NCBI GenBank assembly: GCA_040954595.2 | Contig: CM082592.2 | Coordinates: forward strand, 9,845,677-9,909,676 | DNA from: Balanoglossus misakiensis | Lineage: Eukaryota; Animalia; Hemichordata | Reading direction: 5' to 3' | DNA length: 64,000 bases | In this document: positions 55,311 to 64,000 of the stretch, in pieces | How the letters are laid out: the number at the start of each line of letters is the position of its first letter | Numbering within the stretch: position 1 is the first letter of the stretch | Notes under the pieces: model-generated | Database searches by the model: none | Told to the model about the DNA's origin: nothing | Seen by the model: only the letters and a program-made list of their open reading frames with translations | Program-made: the position numbers and the translations under genes

Positions 55311-55316
55311 AATAAA
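55311..55316 (+). terminator. Probable polyadenylation signal of SH2B (~2 kb 3'UTR)
   Basis: AATAAA after a long U/GU-rich stretch, followed by GU-rich sequence. Another AATAAA near 54510 could be an alternative. Confidence 0.4.
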
Positions 55317-55691
55317 ACCGACATTTAACAAAGGAAAGTGTTGTGATTTAATGTGAGGCCCTCCAAAAATACAGCAGAGTATTTTTATGGATTCATTCAT
55401 TGTCAAAGCTTTTCCCTTGGCATAGACAGCATTTCTAGCATCTTAATAGTCCTTGAGTTATAGGGAAATGATGACCAACTTTTGGGCGCCACCAGTGGCC
55501 ACTTTTGGCAACCCTTAATTGAGTTATCCTATGTGAAAAGTACTACATTTGTATCACCTATAATAGGCTATATCTGCGCTTGAAAAGCACAAATCATCAA
55601 CTAATGTGTTGATGTACAGCCATGAGATCACCAGCAAACATCTTTCAAACAGGGCAGCAAATTTTAATACAAGGGGGACACTCCACACTCA

Positions 55692-56470
55692 TTTATTAAT
55701 CCAGGACTATTTGCAAAAACTACATTTATCATTTATACACGCAAGCATATACCTCATTCATGCTTTGAACTTTGACCTTTCATCCCTCCTAAGTCACTCC
55801 ATCACTTCCTGTATTTTATCAACCTGTTCATTTATCTTTGCCTAGCTTTTCCATCTCAATCAAATCTCGATTTAAAGAGTGCTCATGCAAAGACAAATTA
55901 CGCTCATAAAATACCTAACTGAAGATATTTGATTTAGCACAGCAATTTTGACATTCACATATATTTTGATAGTAATAACTCTTACCTGATAGGATCCTTG
56001 TCGTGTGTTTCTCCAGTTCGCTGCATCGTGTATCCAACTTTGTTTCACAGAGGAAGCATGCACTGGGCCTAGAAAACAAAGTTACTGGCTTTCAGTTTTA
56101 TCATTTAAGAATTTGCCTGCAAAAGCGTCGTCATACATAAAAGTCCCACAATTTTAGTTAAGCGACCGCATGCAGTTTTTTATGCGGGACCGTAGCGCTG
56201 CCATCCAAACGCACAGCCGTGGGCGTGGCACGCTGCAGACGATCCGCGAATGTTGGCATCCCATCATAGATCAAATTTTAGCTCTAACAGTCTTCTTTCG
56301 ACAAAAATAAATTTGGAGTAACCACCTACAATACAAGGACAAGCTACAACGACCATTATTTAAGCACTCAATCTATAACTTTGGCGTTTTGGAAGAAAAA
56401 TAGCAGACAGAAACTCACCATCACGGTCGAGCTGCCGGGAGAAACTGATGGCGACAGCGCCCTCTATCAA
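55692..56470 (-). ncRNA. Candidate spliced long non-coding RNA from an intergenic CpG-rich patch
   Basis: Minus-strand donor ATG|GTGAGT (56419/56418), acceptor TTTGTTTTCTAG (56069), 83-nt exon 56068-55986, donor CAG|GTAAGA, candidate acceptor ATCTTCAG (55919), AATAAA at 55697-55692. No long ATG-initiated ORF. Confidence 0.3.
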
Positions 56471-56633
56471 TTCAAAGCAAAATTCTGACTGTGCAGTCAG
56501 GCAGAATTCAGATTTACATGCATGTTCAAATTCAATGACGACTTCAGTTTTTTACCTCCAAATACCGGATGTTAGGGAAAAAATGACAGACACGACTGAA
56601 ATCCTTGGTAAAACCTTGTAGAATGAGATGGCT

Positions 56634-56639
56634 TTTATT
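56634..56639 (-). terminator. Probable polyadenylation signal of NLK (~2.4 kb 3'UTR)
   Basis: TTTATT on plus (AATAAA on minus) at the left edge of a long A-rich (minus-strand U-rich) stretch continuous with the NLK stop. Confidence 0.4.
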
Positions 56640-59005
56640 AATGATACGAGTCAATCTTCATACATAAGGCATCAAATGTGTGGCTGTACAAAATATATAC
56701 GGAAGGAATAATTCGGCAGTCTGTAGATCCTTTCTGAAGTATTCAATAAAATAGCAGTGATTCAGCTTATTTAGCAGCACAAATCCTATTAATTATTTTA
56801 AAAAATTACAATACTTCATTCCATACCATAAGATATTTTTTTCAGTTGCATTGTTCATGGTTGGTTTGAGAGTAGTGTCTCAAGCATAAGGGTTGCTAAG
56901 CAGACTTGTTGCCAAGGAGTGGAAATGGTCTAAATCTGAACTTTGACTTCACATAGTATAACATAGATAAGTAGCACTGGCCTGTAGCTAGCAATTTTCT
57001 TATTGACCCGTAAAAACATGGCTTTATAATATTTCACTGATATGATAGTTATCTCCGTTATGATTGGATGGCTCATTTTGAAAACTAACACAAAAACCTG
57101 CACACCCCTATAATGTCCTTATCAAACAATACTCCACTGTTTTCAGCCTTCTTTATTTGGGAAAAACAGGGGTGGTAGGTTAGGCTGAAGCTTGCTTGAT
57201 GCAGTTTGACCTCTGAACCTAATTCCGACTTGAACCAGGTTTGCAAGCTGTGGGTGGTCCCAGAAATCTTGAAAACTATGACTTCTTATTGGAAGGTCCA
57301 AAAGTCAGTACTAGTGGTTACTATGGAAACAGCTGCCTTGGAAACAGCACCACAGAAGGTAGCCCTTTTGTTGAGTAGATCAAATAACTCAGAGATTTTA
57401 GAGTAAAATAAATATAACAATTTCATTTTCTTTGGTAGTACTTGGTATATGGTAGATTTTTGTGCACAAAAACTCTCTTGGCTTTTACTATGCTGGAACA
57501 CTAACAATTACAATCCAGCCAATCAGATGCCTTAAAACAATATGTTGCTGGAAGAATCTACAGACTGCAAATAAATAAATACACAATGGAATTGATTCGA
57601 ATGACTGATCCAATGATTGCACTGAGGTCAGCCTGTCGGTATTTGCTGAAAAATATCCTAAAAATTCGCTCCCTAGCTTTCAAAATCTACTCTGAAATCA
57701 ATACCTACGACATACACATAACTAGTACCTTACACCTAAAGTTTATTTTTAAACATGATTTCATTTCTAATCTGCATTTTTTCACATTTTTAAGAAAGGA
57801 TCATAAAAGACTATGCTACCTTCGCTAGAAAAATTGGACAAATACTGAGTCGTATAAATGACAGGCAGATTTGGAATGCAAAAAAGAGGCCTGGGACATT
57901 GGAAAGTAACATTCTAAAAACTTAAAAAATCTCACACCTTGTATGAAAAAGTATACAGGATTTTCTACCTAAAAAAGCTAACATGATTTTTTTAAATACC
58001 CTGAAAGATATGTTTTGCTAGGTTAAGAGTGCGGTGCTGTAAGGAAATGCATGGCACAGTGCAAAGTTCAAAATTTAAAGTTCAAAAGACTCGAATTAGC
58101 ATACCACCCAATGATTGACTTTCTTCCCCAATTTTTTTTTCAGACTACAAATGGTTCTACATTTTTCAAATAAAAATATTTACAAAAAATGAGTTGGACA
58201 GCAGCTTGTGCAGGTTTTCCATATGAGTTCCTTAGGAGCTGAAATATTGATTGCTAATTCACCTGCTTGTCAAAAAGAGTTACCATAGCACCCTGTCCAC
58301 CTCCCCCCTTTAATATGACATTGTACACTCCCCAGCTAATGTACAGCACAAACCATTTAAACACGGCAGGGGGATGAGTGCGTGACAGGGTCTTGGCGTG
58401 GGTGCGTTTCAGTTTTTAAAAAGCTCTCTCTCGCTCTCTCCCTTTACAGCCTACCCTGAGCAATATGGCTGCTTCACTTTCTTTTCTCTGCGTCCCCATC
58501 TTGGTCTCACTCACACACATTCTCACAATGAACAAGAACTGTACACTCCTTTGGTAAATATGTTTTTGCTAGTTAGCTATGAACACTCCTCTTTCTCGTC
58601 TCTCTGTACAGTTCTGGTTCAATTGCTTGGCTAGTATTCAGTCGGTGTCCTCCAGGTGCTACTCCATTATTGAGCACACTAAATTTTCGCATAGTTCGTT
58701 GACGATGACGGCGGCGCAACACAATAGAGCCCGTCCGCAACTTATTTCAGTTTTTTCTTCTTCCGGTATATACAAAATAAGTCCTTGTAAAGCATGGATA
58801 ATTCCAAGGCTTGGCAGTTTCCATGAATAGTAAAAAATAACCTCGCTCTTCCTCTTCTCTTCAATAAATAAGATCAAATGCTCGATATCTTGCACTTAGA
58901 AGTCAATATTAACTTGTGTTCAGTTGAGTCCAGCACCCGATGACACAGAAATTTCGGAGAAACCTCAGGCGGATGATAGTACTGGGCTGGTTACCATAGC
59001 AATGT

Positions 59006-62000
59006 TTAGTCCCATGGCTGTGGTGATGGTGGCAACTCTGAAGCACTGGCTACGGATGAACTGCAAGAGGAAAGGGTGATGATAGGGAAGGAAATTAGGG
59101 TCAGTTTACTTGACATAACTAACCCAATACACGGGTGCATGCTGAAATTAGTTAACCTGGTTGAAATAGCAATAGATATTCATATCTGCAGGATATTTCC
59201 TCACCTTGCAAAACTCTTGAAGGCAGCTGAATGTGGATTGATACATAATGGTACACTATTGCCCTGGTGTCTCTCTGTGATGAACTTGTGAAGACGATCT
59301 ACAGAAATAAAGAAAGAATATGACATTAGAGACTCTGCGATAACAACATGAACATCACCGCTCAGTAACACAATAGTATCTAAAGAATGAGACCATCTGG
59401 GTTCATTTGATGTTGATATCCAAGCAATATAATCCCTGCGACACACCGGCTAGCTTTTGTGCAAGCAAACAACACCCATGTGGTGATGAGTAAAAAAATA
59501 TACTACATGTACATGTGTAATATGTTAACATTGTCTTCAGTACTGCTATTAAGGAGGTCATTCTGATGAATAATTCATACATTTCAAAAACCAGTACAGA
59601 TGGTCCAATGATTTACACAAAACCCTTGGCATACATCTTCATTGAATATTAACAAACTGACATATCCAGCTTCCTTGTGTCTCAATTGTTACAACACTTT
59701 GCCTGCAGACTTCCGATGTAATTGGACGTCTGATATCATGATACTTGCGACACAGAATGGCCATCTAACAAAGTCTATTCAATTTACAATCAGCTCTGTC
59801 AATGTCACCGAGCCAGCTTATAAATTCAGGCGTACATCTCACGACAAAAGCTGAGCTAGATCTGTAATCTATACTGCCCCCAGTGACAGACAATATTTAA
59901 GTAGAAAGTCGCCAGCATAATTATAGTATCCTGACATAATCTTCCCTTTAATATTACCGTTGTCTGCAGGATTGGATTTCATCACCCAAAGATTATTTTA
60001 TGGGGGGAAATTTCGGAACAGATTAGTCAAATAGCTTTTTATTATTCACTCATTACCTTTCACTTGTCGGACAGTTGTCAGACCATCTTCAAAAGTTGAA
60101 TTGAACGGCACTTGTGAAATTGGTTCAAAGTCGGATGTATATTGCCTTCCGGACGACGTGTTGTGACAGCACTTGCACATACAGGTATGATAGCGCAGTC
60201 TTCCCTCGTCTAAATATGGGTGTGCCAGAGCATCGGTGCAATTTATTCTTTTGTCCTGTCGGTGTAAAAGTTGATAAATTTAGGACAAGGTAAAACAGAG
60301 GACTGTAGATCAAAGTGAATTGTAATAATTTTTAAATAACAATATTGTAATTTGTTAAAACTAGAGCCCCAATGCCACAGAAACAATGACATAATCAGAC
60401 CACAGAACTGTGACCTCTGAAAGCAGGTTCCCAACCTTGAATTGATGACGACTCCTTTCCTCATGGCAAATTTAATGATCTCATGCCCTTGGAAGCGAGA
60501 ATTTCAAGGCTATGTTCTCAGTTCCAGCTCCATTTTTTTCTATCCAACTGTTTAATCAGTACTGTGTTCCTAATTGCTTGTTTTACATTTTAGATGCACG
60601 TAAAGTACACAATCTGTGACCCCATGTGTTGACATAGTATAGCGAAACTCGCTCAGCGGAAAGCCACTGAATCAAACCATTATGCAGAGAGAATAGGGGT
60701 GGAGCCTTGATGATTAAGGGACTGATTGTCAAAATTTGGGTAAGAATATATCATATTTAGAAGTGACAAAAATCAAAGTAATTGCAGATTTCAAGACAAT
60801 GGGGTGGCCTCCATCTTCAGATCCCCCCCCTTCCCCCAAATAGAAAGCATGTCGTACTTACAGGATTAAACACCAGCATTCTGCATAGTAAATGAACAGC
60901 TTCATGGGTAGCCTGGTTGGATAAGGTGTATAGTGCAGCCAATGAGGGCGACTTGTGGGCTCCCCTGAGTATGTGTGCTTTAGCCCCCTCACATGCATAT
61001 TTCAAATCGTCTAAACTGGGTGTTCCAAGCAGCTCCGTGATCAGGTCAAGCTGTAAAACCCAACGGAAAAATCAGATATGCACATTAGATACACAATACT
61101 TACACAGTGTACTATTAAATAATGTTCACGAAATATGAACTCTCCCCTCTTCTGTGGCAGTGCAACTACACCATTTTAGCCACAACATGTCCATGCATTC
61201 AGTGACTATACCTCTACACAAACCATTTCTGACAATAATTTCATGAAACCAGGGATGGGCTAAGTGACATTATTGAAATTTAAAATATGAATATTTCATT
61301 ATCCAAAATAATGAATTATGAATGTCTAATAATCCAAACAGACAAGCGATGGAGCCAGTCTATATGATATGATTATACCATTGAAAGCCACACCACACTG
61401 TTCCTAATACAACTTTGCCCTGTCTCATATCGTTATGTAACTGGCAACCATTTAGTCTCCGCACAGAAAAGCCCTGCAGCAAATCAATATCACTTAGCAC
61501 CTAGTCTGGTAAAAGTCAGAAAACTAATTTGGCAACTCATTGCCGCACAGTCATATTGGATTTATTTCCGGAGACATTTTAAGTTAATAATGTTCACTGG
61601 CTGGCTGGCTATAAAAATCCAACAATAGACAGACCCCTGCATTTGCATGAATCGTGAGAGCCCACAGATTTACCGAGCCATAGTCTGCAACACTCCCAGA
61701 ATAGCCAATGCTCTTTGTAAAACTGTGTCAGAGAACAAGTAACGCACTTATATACTGACATCTGCATGCAAACAATTGACTCCATCATGCCTGAGCAAGT
61801 CCCCAAAATACACAGTGGTTGCTAGACATCAAACACAATATCGAAGTATTTGTCAACATTTCCTTGTACTGAGGTTATAAAATTACATAATCCACTGTAT
61901 GGGAGCACAATTAATATTAAACTAATACACACTATCATTTGCAGACTCAGATTTTTGCACTTCCATCTACAGAGGTCTAACTTTACCACAGAAAACAACA

Positions 62001-63045
62001 GACTTGGACCAAACCATGGCAGTGTGAAAGGGTTGAAGTATGCATTAACACTGACCTGTGCCACTGGACTTTGTGCTTGGAAAAGTATGCGTCTGCCGAG
62101 CAGTTCAGCGAATATACAGCCAACAGACCACACATCCACTGCTGTGCTATAGTGCTTGGTTCCAGTTAAAATTTCTGGCGCACGATAGTACTGAGTAACT
62201 ACTTCCTGAGTCATGTGTCGGCTCTCGTCAGGCTCCATCACCCGGGCTAAGCCAAAGTCGCATATCTGTGGGGAAAAAAGTGAAGATTCAGTATGTCTTG
62301 GTTCCATGATAACAACAAGGAGGAACAGTCACAGCCACCGAAGTTCAGGTCAAAATGTTACCAGTACATTCACATCTGACGCTCAATTTATTCACTGCCA
62401 GACAAAGGAGCACTTGTCACCATGGTGCAAATTCTCTGCACTTGAACACTGGTGGGATCCCCCTTTTAGCATGCAGTCAGTATCCATGGCAACCACACAC
62501 GTTTCATAGTAGCATCCTTGTGACAAGTGTAAGTCAAACGCACCAGAGCAGGAACTTGGTTTTGAGTATTAATTATGTCATTGTTTTAATCTATTACTGA
62601 TGGATTTTGTATGTACATATTGTTACAAAATATCAACTGTCAAAGCTGAGCCCAGAGTTTGTACTCTTGAACAGCACTTTAAAATTCAAGGACTTCCGAG
62701 TTTCCAGTGATTTTCCACAAGTATGTGGTATATTATAAGCCTAACTTTGGTCTCACGACAAGAAAAAATCAACAAGACGCTCCAAGGAAAGCGTAAGAAA
62801 TTAGTCTCTGTGAGGTTTGTAAAAATTTGAAAATCAGATTATGATAGCAAAAACGTGGTCATGCAGTTAAGCACTCTCTGCTAGAGCTAAGGAAAGAAAC
62901 TTCAGCTGGATTATATTCTATAAACCTGACAGTGCGGAAGCAGTCCAATATGTACTTACTTTAAGCACGCAGTTGCTGTTTACAAGTAGATTTCCTGGCT
63001 TAATGTCCCGATGGAGAATATGTGCAGAGTGCAGATACTTCAAAC
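59006..63045 (-). CDS. NLK: Serine/threonine kinase NLK (Nemo-like kinase), 3' portion; 5' exons lie beyond the window
   Basis: Exons (minus): 63045-62960, 62265-62056, 61050-60862, 60255-60057, 59298-59205, 59060-59006. [29 protein letters not shown]|[23 protein letters not shown] (TQE activation loop), [40 protein letters not shown]. Confidence 0.96.
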
Positions 63046-64000
63046 CTGTGAAAATGGCAGAGATACAACCGCAGTGAGTGATGTGCGTTGCTAAGGTGTT
63101 CTATATATCTAGGTGGCCAGCAGCACAGCACACATCCATGAATCAAGAAGGATGGGTTTCACCTTTCACCCTCATTTGCATACGGATTCACAGTGGGTGT
63201 TGTATGGTTGGATTTTATGGTTTTTATGTGAACATTTTGTGCGTGTTTTTTTTTTTGCAGAGGTAAAATACACTGAACGAACTGTACCAACAAAAACTGG
63301 AGTACCGGTAGTTGTTAAATGCAATGGATTTATGACTTTTTTTTAAAAAATTCCGGCTGTTGACAAAATTGTAGCTGAAATGCTCTACCAGCCATAAAAA
63401 ATATGGAATTAATATCACGCATGCAGTTATTCATGGTGAACAAACATTGGACTGCAGGCAAATGTGGAAGAGTTACGGCCCCAAAAATGACAATTATACG
63501 TCGTAACACACATGGTTGAAAAGAGGTCTGCAATATTTTTATAGAAGTCTGATCATGGGTCAGACAAGGAAAATACATTTTTTTAGTTCTGCCAAAATGT
63601 TGAAAGAAAAATCAACTTGAAGTTTAAATGCTTAAAAATTTATATGTCCTATTTCACTCTTTTCATGCCAGTATCCATTGATATGTGTTTTCAGACATTG
63701 ATGTGGATCTAACACAATGGTATAAAATCATAAAATACATAAAAAGCACAGCGGCCACTTTATCCATTGAATTCAGAAATTTTATTAGCTGGAGTATGCC
63801 AACCATTAGCTGCAGATGGCCTCCGTAAAAATTTCCAGCTTAACAATGGTTTCCTAGTGAACATATTGTAGTATGTCACCGAACTAATATTTTTAAAGTA
63901 AAATGAAATTGGCAAGTTCTCGAGGGAGAGATGTGTTTACAATATCACTGTCTTGTTTGGTGTTGTGAAGCAACCGATTAAAGCTATTTTGGGCACCTTG

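Noticed and set aside
58965-59060. Alternative open frame in the last NLK exon ([31 protein letters not shown])
   Set aside because: It needs a phase-0 junction for which no donor is evident. A 31-codon open frame can be chance, and the canonical frame matches NLK C-termini.

Overview
Eukaryotic, intron-rich animal genomic DNA. Gene content, protein similarity and mosaic CpG depletion suggest a marine invertebrate deuterostome, possibly a hemichordate (inference). The supplied ORF track ignores splicing, so gene models were built by hand from GT-AG sites and reading phase. Left to right: ~11 kb of CpG-rich non-coding DNA; an intronless A2-type adenosine receptor (+); tRNA-Asp(GTC); RNF215 (-, 9 exons) head-to-head with the first of two tandem 15-exon FAAH-like amidase genes (+); a 5-coding-exon gene (-) encoding a 286-aa protein resembling bacterial PhnD-type phosphate/phosphonate ABC substrate-binding proteins, with no signal peptide, head-to-head with an SH2B adaptor gene (+); and the 3' part of Nemo-like kinase (-). 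The most striking item is the spliced, apparently domesticated PhnD-like gene. Also notable: patchy homogenisation and promoter CpG decay between the FAAH duplicates, a candidate spliced lncRNA between SH2B and NLK, and a tRNA gene at a CpG-domain boundary. No database searches were possible, so family assignments rest on recalled motifs.
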